Of a stretch of 64,000 nt of DNA, positions 38,239 through 48,691 are shown piece after piece. How positions within the stretch are numbered: the stretch's first letter is position 1; each line of letters begins with the position of its first letter. This stretch comes from Minisyncoccota bacterium (GTDB taxonomy: Bacteria; Patescibacteriota; Minisyncoccia; SW-4-49-11): assembly GCA_032117235.1 (NCBI GenBank), contig JAULZW010000006.1, positions 2,532 to 66,531 of the forward strand. The letters run 5' to 3'. The position numbers were made by a program, and so were the translations under genes. The notes beneath the pieces were generated by a model. It did no database searches. It had not been told where the DNA came from and saw only the letters and a program-made list of their open reading frames with translations.

Positions 38239-38985
38239 ATGGCTGGTATTTGGCGACGCTGGAGAAGATATAAAACAAAATTAAGACAATATGTATCTCA
38301 GCATTATCTAAGAGAAATTGTATATGGTGGTAGTGATGGAATTGTGACTACTTTTGCGGTGGTGGCTGGTTTTACAGGGGCTAATGCTAGTGGTTCAGAT
38401 ATGATTGGTTTGACTATTGGGACAGTGGTTTTGTTTGGTTTAGCTAATCTTTTCTCAGATGCAATGTCTATGGGACTGGGGGATTATATGTCTATTAGAT
38501 CTCAAGAAGATTTATATCAGACTACTTATCAAAAAGAATTAAAGCATTTAGAACATAGTAGTGAATCTTTTAGTAATAGAATTCAGGATAAATTGGTGGA
38601 AAAAGGTTTTAATAAAAATGATGCTAAAGAAATTATGCAATTATTTCATAAAAATCCAAAATTTGGGATTGAGTGGTTAATGCGAGAGTATCATGGTATT
38701 CCTGATCCTGGTGAGACTAGTCCTATTTTTTCAGCTTTATCTACGATTGTCTCTTTCTTGTTTTTTGGGTTTATTCCTTTGATTCCTTTTGTGTTTGGGA
38801 TTACTGATACAACTAAGGCATTTTTATTTTCTATTTCTGGAGTTATTACAGCTTTAATTTTACTTGGGTTAATTAGGTGGAAAGTTGTGGGCTATGGACT
38901 GACAAGAGCTTTAGGTGAGACTTTGCTTTTGGGGGGAGTTTCAGCTACGATTGCTTTTATAATTGGAGCTATAATTGGAGCTTAG
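38239..38985 (+). CDS. VIT1/CCC1 family iron/manganese transporter
   Basis: VYGGSDGIVTTFAVVAG, DAMSMGLGDY, GFIPLIPF. Confidence 0.92.
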   Translation: MAGIWRRWRRYKTKLRQYVSQHYLREIVYGGSDGIVTTFAVVAGFTGANASGSDMIGLTIGTVVLFGLANLFSDAMSMGLGDYMSIRSQEDLYQTTYQKELKHLEHSSESFSNRIQDKLVEKGFNKNDAKEIMQLFHKNPKFGIEWLMREYHGIPDPGETSPIFSALSTIVSFLFFGFIPLIPFVFGITDTTKAFLFSISGVITALILLGLIRWKVVGYGLTRALGETLLLGGVSATIAFIIGAIIGA

Positions 38986-39042
38986 ATTGACTAAAAGTTG
39001 TAAAAACGGCATACTATATAAAGAGATAAAATAGTTTACATT

Positions 39043-40137
39043 ATGAGAGTAGCTTTGGTGCATGATTATTTGGTTCAATATGGTGGGGCAGAGCGAGTAT
39101 TGGAGGTTTTCGCTGAAATGTTTCCTGAGGCTCCAATTTATACTTTGATTCACGACCAGTCCCAACTATATGGAGCTTTTAGTAATAAAAAAATTCGTAC
39201 TTCTTTTTTACAAAATTTACCTTTTGCCAAAACTAATCATAGGTTATTTCCTGTCTTGATGCCTTTAGCAGTGGAGGATTTAGATTTGACGGCTTATGAC
39301 TTGGTTATATCTTCTTCTAATAGTTATACTAAGGGTGTAATTACTAGACCAGATGCGATCCATATTTGCTACTGTCATACTCCAATGAGATATGCTTGGG
39401 ATGATTATCATAGGCATTTTCAGGAATTTAATTATGTGGCTGGGATTAGAAATTTATTACCTTTTGCGATGAATTATATTCGTCTTTGGGATAAAATTTC
39501 AGCAGATAGAGTGGATTATTATTTGGCTAATTCTCAAAATGTGGCTCAGAGAATCAATAAGTATTATCGTATGGATGCTGAGGTTTTATACCCTCCAGTT
39601 AATACTGAGGTTGACTTTGATGCTAATTTTAAAGGCGAATATTATCTTATGTTAGGTAGGTTCTTACCTTATAAACACTATGATATTGTGGTGGAGGCTT
39701 TTGTTAGAAATGGGAAAAAGTTACATCTTGTAGGTTCTGGTCCGGATGAGGAAAAATTAAAGAATATTGCTAAAGGGCATGATAATATTAAATTTTTTGG
39801 TAGATTAAGTGATGAAGACTCTCAGAAACAGTTTAGAGGTTGTAAAAGTTTTATCTTTGCTTCCGAAGATGATTTTGGAATTGTACCAGTAGAAGCTATG
39901 GCAGTTGGTAAACCAGTAATTGCTTATGGTCGTGGTGGAGCTCTGGAGACAGTAGAGGATGGTAAAACTGGGATATTCTTTGATGAGCAAAGTCCAGATT
40001 GTATTATAAAGGCAGTTGAGAAATTTGAAAAAATGAAGTTTGACGCAAATTATATTCATAATCACGCTCAAAAGTTTTCTAAAGATGCTTTTAAACATAA
40101 TTTCTATAAATTTTTAGAAAAATATGATATTATGTAA
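39043..40137 (+). CDS. Glycosyltransferase family 4
   Basis: VALVHDYL.QYGGAERV, YCHTPMRY, EDDFGIVPVEAMA.GKPV. Confidence 0.93.
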   Translation: MRVALVHDYLVQYGGAERVLEVFAEMFPEAPIYTLIHDQSQLYGAFSNKKIRTSFLQNLPFAKTNHRLFPVLMPLAVEDLDLTAYDLVISSSNSYTKGVITRPDAIHICYCHTPMRYAWDDYHRHFQEFNYVAGIRNLLPFAMNYIRLWDKISADRVDYYLANSQNVAQRINKYYRMDAEVLYPPVNTEVDFDANFKGEYYLMLGRFLPYKHYDIVVEAFVRNGKKLHLVGSGPDEEKLKNIAKGHDNIKFFGRLSDEDSQKQFRGCKSFIFASEDDFGIVPVEAMAVGKPVIAYGRGGALETVEDGKTGIFFDEQSPDCIIKAVEKFEKMKFDANYIHNHAQKFSKDAFKHNFYKFLEKYDIM

Positions 40138-40157
40138 CATATAATTAATAAACTTTC

Positions 40158-40751
40158 ATGGATATATATAAGACTTTTTTTAAAAAAAACGCACTATTCT
40201 TGAGTATAATAACTATAGTTGGTATTAGTGCTGGTCTTGCAATTACCAGAATATTACCAGCATCTTATGATGTATCTTTAGCTATTAACATTGAAAGAAA
40301 AGTCGAGAATACAGGACAATTTTATACTTATGATGGATATTATGCCATTCAAGCCACTGAATTATTTGGTAAAAGTGTAGCTAGTTGGTTTGTTACACCA
40401 GATTTTGTAGAGGATGTTTTGAAAAATTCAGATAAGTCCAATCTAGATAAATTATCAGTCAAAGACTTTAGGAGAGTATTTACACCAGAGCAAGTTTCAG
40501 CTAATTTGGTTGAAGTTAGATTTGGAGTAGACAGTGTAGATTTAGGAAACACTTTAACAGATTCAATCTCAAGTAGTATTGTTTCATATATGCAAAGTAG
40601 TGATATTAAAGATTATAATATATTCGTTGGAACTCCAGTAACTAGAAAAGTAAATTATAACCCAATTTTATTTTCTCTAGGAGGAGCCTTTTTAGCAATT
40701 GCCATTGGTATTAGTATAGCTGCTAGTAGACAGCATTATTGGAAAAAATGA
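40158..40751 (+). CDS. Wzz/YveK-like polysaccharide chain-length protein
   Basis: Two terminal TMs flanking an extracellular domain; lies between two glycosyltransferase genes. Confidence 0.6.
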   Translation: MDIYKTFFKKNALFLSIITIVGISAGLAITRILPASYDVSLAINIERKVENTGQFYTYDGYYAIQATELFGKSVASWFVTPDFVEDVLKNSDKSNLDKLSVKDFRRVFTPEQVSANLVEVRFGVDSVDLGNTLTDSISSSIVSYMQSSDIKDYNIFVGTPVTRKVNYNPILFSLGGAFLAIAIGISIAASRQHYWKK

Positions 40752-41860
40752 CAATAGGTATAGATGCTCGCGGTATTACGGATGGATTCAAGGGTGGAGT
40801 GGGTGAATATACACAGCATATAACTCAGGCTCTTCGTCAATATTCAGATTTGCACTTAGAAACTTTATCTACAGGATTAAAACAAAATCCTGGTGTAGGG
40901 GGGATTAAAGACACTTGGGTTAGTTACCCCAATAAAGTATTGAATTTGTCATTAAAATTAGCTTCACAACCCTATATAGATAGTCTATTTAGTAAAGTTC
41001 CTGAAAAAATTTGGATGCCCAATTGGAATATTACCGCAATAAGTCCAGAAACTGAATTGATATTAACAGTACATGATATTGCCTTTCGTATTTTACCCGA
41101 GGTATTCTCTCGGCGAATGCGATTATGGCATCAATATATTGGTATAGAAAAACTTCTCAAAAGAGCTAATACTATTATCGCCGTATCCGAGTCTACTAAA
41201 AGAGATTTAATAGATATATATGATATAAATCCCGAAAAAGTACAAGTTATTTATTCTGGCATTGATCCATTATTTCGCCAAGCAATACAGCAAGATGCAA
41301 TACAAAGAGTAAAAAAACGCTATCAACTCCCTGAACGCTATATATTATATTTAGGGACTATTGAGCCGAGGAAAAATATACAATTATTAATACAAGCCTT
41401 TGAAAACTTAGCCAGCAAGGATACAGATATACGACTCGTAATAGCAGGAGTAAATGGTTGGCTATATCATCAAATACATACTATTATAGACAAATCTCCC
41501 TATCGAGATAGAATACTCAGAATAGGATTTGTGGAAGTAGAAGATAAACCCATTGTATATCATTTGGCACAAATTTTTGTATATCCATCTCTGTATGAAG
41601 GTTTTGGATTTCCACCCCTAGAGGCTATGGCGTCAGGTACTCCGACTATTGTAGCTAATAATTCAGCTTTTCCTGAAATTGTGCTTGATGCGGCGTATAA
41701 AACCTCACCTTATGACGTCTTAGAATTAACTGATATAATGCATAATTTACTCACGGATAGTAATATTCATCAATATTATACAGAGCTTGGACTCAAACGT
41801 AGTCTAGATTTTGACTGGAATAATACGGGTAAACAAGTATATGAAATATTGGGCAGATAA
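40748..41860 (+). CDS. Glycosyltransferase family 4
   Basis: IGIDAR, TVHD, GTIEPRKN, PSLYEGFGFPPLEAMA; ATGA overlap with the upstream gene. Confidence 0.93.
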   Translation: MTIGIDARGITDGFKGGVGEYTQHITQALRQYSDLHLETLSTGLKQNPGVGGIKDTWVSYPNKVLNLSLKLASQPYIDSLFSKVPEKIWMPNWNITAISPETELILTVHDIAFRILPEVFSRRMRLWHQYIGIEKLLKRANTIIAVSESTKRDLIDIYDINPEKVQVIYSGIDPLFRQAIQQDAIQRVKKRYQLPERYILYLGTIEPRKNIQLLIQAFENLASKDTDIRLVIAGVNGWLYHQIHTIIDKSPYRDRILRIGFVEVEDKPIVYHLAQIFVYPSLYEGFGFPPLEAMASGTPTIVANNSAFPEIVLDAAYKTSPYDVLELTDIMHNLLTDSNIHQYYTELGLKRSLDFDWNNTGKQVYEILGR

Positions 41861-41928
41861 AATGACATATAGTATTGACAAAATTGTAAAAGTGTGATAT
41901 AAGTATATTTGTTCTAAGGCTTTAAACC

Positions 41929-42537
41929 ATGTCCGTTTTAAAAGTTAATGCACAGCCCCACTTCATTGGAGGGTTTGAAGACCTTTCTCTGATGGGAGCA
42001 AGCGGAATATTGAAGGGGGCGATTTCTACTAATGGGACAATCACTCTTAAAGGGGGATTTAATGGTAGATCTCTAATTATTAATCAAACGGTTTCTGAAT
42101 TAGTTCCGGGACTCATAATGGCAGGAGTGAGTTCAGTACTTTTCGTTGTGTCTCCACGAACAAAGTGTGGGTTTGTAAAATCTTTTGAAGTGAATGATGT
42201 TTGGAAACCATCCATTCTTGATCCAGGTTCCGGGGAATCGGATGATCGACCCGAGGAATTTTGCATTAGGGGTGAGGTAATTAGGGTAGGTAGGAATCAT
42301 ATGCGGGGGCGCTATGTTGCTGTCCGCGTATTAAGCATTTATTATGTCTCTGTAGATTTGTTACCCTTATCTATATTTCTGAATGAGGGAGACTTTGTTG
42401 AGATTACAGCCACGCTCTCCCAATATAATCGGCTTCGCGCCAATTCTGTGCGGATATTAAATTCCAGGAATTTTACTAGTAGTTCTCAGAACAGCAGACA
42501 GTACCAACAATATAGGCGTCATAAAGTTAGGCGTTAA
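41929..42537 (+). CDS. Hypothetical protein, possible OB-fold
   Basis: Own TTGACA promoter and terminator; beta-rich C-half (IRGEVIRV...LNEGDFVEITA). Confidence 0.5.
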   Translation: MSVLKVNAQPHFIGGFEDLSLMGASGILKGAISTNGTITLKGGFNGRSLIINQTVSELVPGLIMAGVSSVLFVVSPRTKCGFVKSFEVNDVWKPSILDPGSGESDDRPEEFCIRGEVIRVGRNHMRGRYVAVRVLSIYYVSVDLLPLSIFLNEGDFVEITATLSQYNRLRANSVRILNSRNFTSSSQNSRQYQQYRRHKVRR

Positions 42538-42561
42538 GCCTTCTATAAGTTCCACTTATTC

Positions 42562-42594
42562 GCCCGTACACCCAACAGAGTGACGGGCTTTTTT
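42562..42594 (+). terminator. Intrinsic terminator
   Basis: GCCCGT...ACGGGC followed by TTTTTT. Confidence 0.75.
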
Positions 42595-42656
42595 CTTTAT
42601 AATTTGACGAAATAGATAATTCAATATAGACTACTAGAGAATTAAATATATATTAT

Positions 42657-44852
42657 ATGTCCAAAGCTCTGATTATTGTAGAGTCTCCCACCAAGGCAAA
42701 AACAATTGGTAAATTTCTGGGAAGAGATTATACGGTTATTTCTTCTATGGGGCATATTCGTGATTTACCAAAATCTAAAATTGGAGTTGATCCAGCTAAG
42801 GATTTTGAAATTACTTATGAAATCCCAGCTAAAGCAAAGAAGACAGTAACTGAACTCAAAAAATTAGCTAAAATGAGCGGGGAGGTAATACTCGCAACTG
42901 ATGAAGACCGAGAAGGAGAAGCTATATCTTGGCATTTGGCACATATTTTGAAATTAAAACCTGAAACAGCCAAAAGAATGGTATTCCATGAAATCACCGA
43001 ATCTGCTATTCAAAAAGCCTTAGCAAATCCTCGCCATATTGATATTAATCTGGTGGATGCTCAGCAAGCCAGGCGAGCTTTGGATCGTTTGGTTGGATAT
43101 AAATTATCCCCATTTTTATGGCAAAAAGTACAGCGAGGTTTATCTGCTGGGCGAGTACAATCTGTGGCTCTTCGCCTCATAGTAGATAGGGAGAGGGAAA
43201 TAGAGGCTTTTCAGAAAGAAGAATATTGGTCTATTGAGGGAGTTTTTTTGAGTGGGGATACTTCTCTTGATATTCCTGCCAATCTTACGCATATTGGAGG
43301 AAAACGGTTAGATAAATTTGCCTATAAGACAGAAAGTGAATCACAAAATTTGGTGGCGGGGCTGCAAGCCTTATCCTATAAGGTTAAATCCATAGAGAAT
43401 AAATCTGTTTCTCGCAATCCCTATCCTCCATTTATTACCTCATCTCTACAACAAGATGGGGCGAGAAGATTATATTTTTCTGCCAAGCAAACTATGATGG
43501 TGGCTCAGCAATTATATGAAGGAGTGTCTCTTGGCGCTAAGGGGCAGACAGGACTTATTACCTATATGAGAACAGATTCTACTAATTTATCTGGGCAGGC
43601 AATTGCAGCGGCAAAAGTACAAATTACCAAACAATTTGGGGAAAGCTATTATCAGGTGAGACAATTCAAAACCAAGGCTAAGAATGCGCAAGAAGCTCAT
43701 GAGGCTATTCGTCCGACAGACCCAAGTCTTACACCGGAAGATGTGAAGCCGTATCTGGATGATAAACAATACAAATTATATAGTCTTATTTGGGGGCGAT
43801 TTATGGCAAGTCAAATGAAGCCCGCTCTATTCGATACTATGAATGTGGCTATTGCTGATACCAAATCGGAGAATTATACATTTACTGCTACCGGGAAATC
43901 GCTAGTCTTTGATGGATTTATGCGAGTATATGATATTAAATCAGAAGATGTATTGCTACCGCGTATCAATCAAGGAGAGACTCTCACAACTCAGGATATT
44001 AGAGGAGAACAGCATTTTACTCAACCTCCAGCTCGCTATAGTGAAAGTAGTTTGGTTAAGGCTCTTGAGACAAATGCAATTGGACGGCCATCTACCTATG
44101 CTTCGATTATATCTACTATTCAGACCAGAGGATATGTAGTCAAAAATGATGATAGACGATTTGCTCCAACTGATATTGGGAAAGTAGTCACTGATATGTT
44201 GGTACAGCATTTCCCTCAAATTGTAGATATTGATTTTACTGCTAAAGTAGAACAGCAATTTGATGAAATCGCAATAGGGAAGGATAGTTATCAAAAAACA
44301 ATGGCAGATTTTTATGTGCCATTTGCTAAAAATTTGAAAGATAAGGAGAAAAGTGTAGAGCGACATCGAGATATTATTGAAAATAGACCTTGCCCCGAAT
44401 GTGGTAATCAGCTTGAAATAAAGCGAAGTAAATTTGGTAAATTCATAGCTTGTACCAATTATCCTGAATGTAAATATACTGAGCAAAGTGATGAGGAAAA
44501 GCAATTGCAGGCAGATTTTGGTGGAGAAAAATGCCCTAATTGTAGCGATGGAATAATGGAGGTGAAATCTGGAAGATTTGGACCATTTTTGGGATGCTCT
44601 AATTATCCCACTTGTAAGACAATTAAGAAAATTGAGCATAAAACTGGGGAAAAATGCCCAGAATGTGGTGTGGGGGATATGGTCTTCAAAAAAGGAAAGC
44701 GTGGGCCATTCAAAGCTTGTAATCGGTATCCAGATTGTAAATATATAGAAGGGGCAAAGAAACAAACAGGTAATTATAGTGCTAAGAGTAAAAAGAAATC
44801 TAGTACTGCCAAAAAATCAGCACCTAAGAAAAAAGTGAGTACTAAGAAATAA
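42657..44852 (+). CDS. topA: DNA topoisomerase I
   Basis: IVESPTKAKTI, ATDEDREGE, SAGRVQS, ITYMRTDS; three zinc ribbons; Lys-rich tail. Confidence 0.98.
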   Translation: MSKALIIVESPTKAKTIGKFLGRDYTVISSMGHIRDLPKSKIGVDPAKDFEITYEIPAKAKKTVTELKKLAKMSGEVILATDEDREGEAISWHLAHILKLKPETAKRMVFHEITESAIQKALANPRHIDINLVDAQQARRALDRLVGYKLSPFLWQKVQRGLSAGRVQSVALRLIVDREREIEAFQKEEYWSIEGVFLSGDTSLDIPANLTHIGGKRLDKFAYKTESESQNLVAGLQALSYKVKSIENKSVSRNPYPPFITSSLQQDGARRLYFSAKQTMMVAQQLYEGVSLGAKGQTGLITYMRTDSTNLSGQAIAAAKVQITKQFGESYYQVRQFKTKAKNAQEAHEAIRPTDPSLTPEDVKPYLDDKQYKLYSLIWGRFMASQMKPALFDTMNVAIADTKSENYTFTATGKSLVFDGFMRVYDIKSEDVLLPRINQGETLTTQDIRGEQHFTQPPARYSESSLVKALETNAIGRPSTYASIISTIQTRGYVVKNDDRRFAPTDIGKVVTDMLVQHFPQIVDIDFTAKVEQQFDEIAIGKDSYQKTMADFYVPFAKNLKDKEKSVERHRDIIENRPCPECGNQLEIKRSKFGKFIACTNYPECKYTEQSDEEKQLQADFGGEKCPNCSDGIMEVKSGRFGPFLGCSNYPTCKTIKKIEHKTGEKCPECGVGDMVFKKGKRGPFKACNRYPDCKYIEGAKKQTGNYSAKSKKKSSTAKKSAPKKKVSTKK

Positions 44853-44910
44853 TGTTAATTGACAAAAAGCTGTAGACTGTGTATAGTGATCTTGTTCACT
44901 GCAAATTTTT

Positions 44911-45141
44911 ATGTCTACGGACACGCAAGTCAAAAAAGTGGAAAATCCTACCTTAGATTATGTGGGATTTTGGGGGCATGCATTTATAGCGATACAAAAT
45001 ATACCAGACAAAGGGTATGTATATAGACAATTTAAGACCACTAAGGAATGGGTTGATGCGTTCTTAACCCAAAAAAGGACAGGAATACCAGATCTAGAAA
45101 CTTGGATAAAGACAATCGTTGCAGAGAATAGGGATAAGTAA
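44911..45141 (+). CDS. Small hypothetical protein
   Basis: Own TTGACA/TATAGT promoter and a downstream hairpin. Confidence 0.55.
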   Translation: MSTDTQVKKVENPTLDYVGFWGHAFIAIQNIPDKGYVYRQFKTTKEWVDAFLTQKRTGIPDLETWIKTIVAENRDK

Positions 45142-45152
45142 AAATTTCAAAA

Positions 45153-45180
45153 GGGGATGTCGTATTGGCATCCCTATTTT
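45153..45180 (+). terminator. Intrinsic terminator
   Basis: GGGATGTC-GTATT-GGCATCCC-TATTTT. Confidence 0.65.
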
Positions 45181-45192
45181 ACTTTCTCATAT

Positions 45193-45270
45193 TGTGGATA
45201 AATTTATTTGACATGGGATAAAAATATATGTATAATGGTAAAAAGTGGTAAAAAGTGGAAATAAATGGTG
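45193..45270 (+). promoter_or_regulatory. dcw promoter: DnaA box, consensus sigma70 promoter and four MraZ boxes
   Basis: TGTGGATAA at 45193; TTGACA (45208)-N17-TATAAT (45231); RTGG at 45235, 45245, 45255 and 45265 with 10-bp periodicity. Confidence 0.85.
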
Positions 45271-45275
45271 AATAT

Positions 45276-45707
45276 ATGTTCATAGGAGAATACAGCCATA
45301 ATATTGATGATAAGGGAAGGCTTGCTGTCCCCAAAAAATTTCAAGAAGACTTGAAAGCTGGGCTTGTTGTGACAAAGGGTTTGGATAATTGTCTATGGGT
45401 TTATACTTATGAATCTTGGAGAGAATTAGCTACAAAACTTAGTAAGCTACCTATTAGTAGTACTAATAATAGAGCTTTTAGTCGATTAATGTTAGCGGGA
45501 GCTATGGATGTGTCTTTAGATAAACAGGGGAGGATTGTATTGCCTGATTATCTAAGGAATTATGCTAAGTTAGGTAAAAAAGTTGTGATTACTGGTTTAT
45601 TTGATAGATTAGAAATTTGGGATGAGTCTGAATGGCAGGGTTATAAAGAGAAGACTGAGGCGGAGTCTGCTGAAATAGCGGAGCAGTTAGCAGATTTAGG
45701 AGTATAA
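45276..45707 (+). CDS. mraZ: Transcriptional regulator MraZ
   Basis: MFIGEY.H.IDDKGRL, DKQGRI, RLEIWD. Confidence 0.96.
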   Translation: MFIGEYSHNIDDKGRLAVPKKFQEDLKAGLVVTKGLDNCLWVYTYESWRELATKLSKLPISSTNNRAFSRLMLAGAMDVSLDKQGRIVLPDYLRNYAKLGKKVVITGLFDRLEIWDESEWQGYKEKTEAESAEIAEQLADLGV

Positions 45708-45709
45708 TT

Positions 45710-46609
45710 ATGTCTGATTTAAAACATATTCCAGTTTTAAGAGATGAAGCAATACAAGGGCTTTCTATTCGTGATGATGGTGTTTATGTAGATGCTACTG
45801 TTGGTTTTGGTGGTTACACAGATATGATTTCAGATCAAATTGTGTCTGGAAAAGTTATAGGTATTGATGCTGATAAACAAGCTTTAGCTTTAGTTGAGAA
45901 AAGATTTTATTCTCAAGTTAGTGAAGGAAAGATTATTCTAAAACATAGTAACTTTAGATTTATTGAACAAGTTTTGGCAGAATTGAGAATTAATTCAGTA
46001 GATGGAATTGTTGCTGATTTGGGATTATCCTCTATGGAGCTAGATGATATATCTAGAGGGTTTAGTTTTAAAACTGAGGCTCCACTTGATATGCGCTTTG
46101 ATATCAGTTCTGATGGTATGACGGCTGCAGATGTTGTTAATTCTTATTCTCAGGATAATTTAGCTAATTTATTTCGCGATTTGGGAGACGAACCTTTCTC
46201 CGGTAGAATTGCTAGAGTTATTGTGGAGGCTCGTAAAAAGCAAACCATTTCTACAACTACAGAATTAGTAGGTTTAATTTTATCTATTGTACCATCTAAA
46301 TTTGTAAAAAAAACCATTCATCCAGCAACTAGAGTTTTTCAAGCTTTGAGAATGGAGGTTAATGATGAGATTGGTGCCTTGAACTCTCTTTTGGCCTCTG
46401 CTTTGAATGTGCTTAATGCTTCTGGTAGATTAGTAGTTGTATCTTTCCATTCTGGGGAGGATAGAATTGTAAAAAACACTTTTCGTGAGTGGAAATCTCA
46501 GGGATTTGTAAATATTTTGACTAAAAAGCCTATTACTCCTTCTGAGATAGAATTGAGTACTAACCCAAGATCTAGTTCTGCTAAACTACGTATTATTGAA
46601 AAAATTTAA
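45710..46609 (+). CDS. rsmH: 16S rRNA m4C1402 methyltransferase
   Basis: HIPVL, DATVGFGG, DLGLSS, PLDMR, FQALR, SFHSGEDR. Confidence 0.97.
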   Translation: MSDLKHIPVLRDEAIQGLSIRDDGVYVDATVGFGGYTDMISDQIVSGKVIGIDADKQALALVEKRFYSQVSEGKIILKHSNFRFIEQVLAELRINSVDGIVADLGLSSMELDDISRGFSFKTEAPLDMRFDISSDGMTAADVVNSYSQDNLANLFRDLGDEPFSGRIARVIVEARKKQTISTTTELVGLILSIVPSKFVKKTIHPATRVFQALRMEVNDEIGALNSLLASALNVLNASGRLVVVSFHSGEDRIVKNTFREWKSQGFVNILTKKPITPSEIELSTNPRSSSAKLRIIEKI

Positions 46610-46613
46610 ATAT

Positions 46614-46886
46614 ATGAAAATACAACCAATTTATACTTTAATCTCCATAGTGCTTTTATTAGGAGTGGTTTATATTGCTGAGACGAATAACCTTTGGGTT
46701 GTTAGTTATACTTTAGCTGATGAAAAAAAAGAAATGGATGATGTTAAACAATACTATACTCAATTAAACACCCAGATTGCCCAGTATAATTCTATTCGTA
46801 ATGCAATGTCTAATCCTGAAATTATAGCTATGGAAAAATCAGAGTTTATTTATTTAGATCAGAATGGGGCTTTGGTAAAAAAATAA
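46614..46886 (+). CDS. FtsL-like cell division protein
   Basis: TM plus coiled coil; located between rsmH and the PBP gene. Confidence 0.6.
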   Translation: MKIQPIYTLISIVLLLGVVYIAETNNLWVVSYTLADEKKEMDDVKQYYTQLNTQIAQYNSIRNAMSNPEIIAMEKSEFIYLDQNGALVKK

Positions 46887-46889
46887 TTT

Positions 46890-48674
46890 ATGTCAGCTAA
46901 GGGATCTCAAAGTAGTAATAAAATAATTAGAAAAAAAGCAAAGGAAAATTGGAGATTCTGGACTTTGATTAGCGGTATAGTTCTTATATTTGGAGTTCTT
47001 ATTGTGAGATTATTTCAAATTCAAATTTTAGAACATGAGAAATATAAAGCTAAGGCTGAAAATAAGCATCAAGGGGAGTTTAAATTATTTGGAGACAGGG
47101 GTAATATATATTTTCAAAATATTAAATCTGGAGATAATTTCCCAGTTGCAATTAATTTAAGTAGTTATGATGTTGGAATAGATTCCAATTTTATTAGTCA
47201 ACACAATGAGTCTAATAAGGTTCAAATTAAAGAAATTATTGAACAGAATTTTCCGGATATAGATAAATCTAAATTAGAAGAAGAACTGAATAAAACTGAT
47301 AGTAAATATTATATTTTTGCTAGAGATGTACCAGAGTCTATTGTTAATCCTATTAAAGATAAAAAGCTTCGAGGCTTGATTTTGGAAAAAAAATCTACAA
47401 GGTATTATCCAGAAAAAAACTTAGGATCTCAAATTATAGGATTTGTATCTAAAAATGATAAAGTTGGGCAGTATGGAATTGAGCAGTATTATGATGAGCA
47501 ATTAAAAGGACAGGATGGATTAGCTAAAGTGGAAGCCAAAGATAGGAGAGGAGTGTGGCTAGCTAACACAGATATACAGAAGCAGGATGCGGTCAATGGG
47601 TCTAATATTGTTTTAACGATTGATCATACTTTACAATTTAAATTAGAGGAAGTTTTAGATGAATTGGCGAAAGAATATAAAACAAAAGTTGTTTTGGGAG
47701 CTATTATGAACCCTAAAACTGGTGATATATTAGCAATGGCCTCTACTCCCAGCTTTGATGCTAATGAGTATAATAATGTTAATGATATTGGGGTATATAA
47801 AAATCCCTTCGTATCCAGTCGTTATGATCAAGGATCTATTTTTAAGCCAATTACAGTTGGAATTGGGCTTGATAAAGGTGTTATTACCCCAAACACCACT
47901 TACGAGGATAAAGGTAAGGAAATAATCAATACCTTTGAAGTATCAAATTGGTCTAATAAGGCTTATGGGATACAAAGTATGAGTTATGCTTTAGAAAACT
48001 CTTTGAATTTAGGTATGATTTTTATTCAGCGTAAATTAGGTAGAGATGCTTTTATGTCAGGAATACTAGATCAATTTCAAATAGGTAATAAAACAGGTAT
48101 TGATTTACCAGGAGAAGTTAATAATGATATTAGTAACTTAACAAAATTAGCTAGAGATGCTAGGGAAATTGACTATGCTAACATATCTTTTGGACAGGGT
48201 ATATCAATTACTCCAATTAGAATGTTAACTTCGTTCAATAGTATTGTTAATGAGGGTAAAATTATGAAGCCAAGAATTGTGAAGTCAATTCAAGCTCCAG
48301 ATGGAAAAACGCAAACTTTTGAGCCAAAAATACAAGGACAATCTATGTCAGCGGAAAGTGCTAAACAATTATCAGAGATGCTAGTAGATGTTGTGGAAAA
48401 AGGATCTGCTAAATCAGCTTCAGTATCTGGTTATAGCATAGGTGGAAAGACTGGTACAGGACAAATTTTAGTTGATGGTAAATATATTAAAGATGGAGGT
48501 CCAACTTATCAGTCCTTTATAGAATTTGCTACTTTAGACAATCCAAAGTATACTTTACTTATATCTCTTGATAGTCCACAGGGATCAAGGTTTGCGGATG
48601 GTTCTGTTGTTCCAAAGGTGAAAGGACTGAATGAGTTTTTATTGAATTACTTTGCTATTCCCCCAGATAAATAA
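46890..48674 (+). CDS. ftsI: Class B penicillin-binding protein (FtsI-like)
   Basis: RG.I, RYYP, GIE..YD, SIFK (SxxK), SLN (SxN), KTGT. Confidence 0.9.
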   Translation: MSAKGSQSSNKIIRKKAKENWRFWTLISGIVLIFGVLIVRLFQIQILEHEKYKAKAENKHQGEFKLFGDRGNIYFQNIKSGDNFPVAINLSSYDVGIDSNFISQHNESNKVQIKEIIEQNFPDIDKSKLEEELNKTDSKYYIFARDVPESIVNPIKDKKLRGLILEKKSTRYYPEKNLGSQIIGFVSKNDKVGQYGIEQYYDEQLKGQDGLAKVEAKDRRGVWLANTDIQKQDAVNGSNIVLTIDHTLQFKLEEVLDELAKEYKTKVVLGAIMNPKTGDILAMASTPSFDANEYNNVNDIGVYKNPFVSSRYDQGSIFKPITVGIGLDKGVITPNTTYEDKGKEIINTFEVSNWSNKAYGIQSMSYALENSLNLGMIFIQRKLGRDAFMSGILDQFQIGNKTGIDLPGEVNNDISNLTKLARDAREIDYANISFGQGISITPIRMLTSFNSIVNEGKIMKPRIVKSIQAPDGKTQTFEPKIQGQSMSAESAKQLSEMLVDVVEKGSAKSASVSGYSIGGKTGTGQILVDGKYIKDGGPTYQSFIEFATLDNPKYTLLISLDSPQGSRFADGSVVPKVKGLNEFLLNYFAIPPDK

Positions 48675-48691
48675 ATCTAATATAGAGTGTT

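Noticed and set aside
43956-44765. 269-aa antisense ORF within topA
   Set aside because: Shadow frame of a conserved gene with no recognisable motifs.
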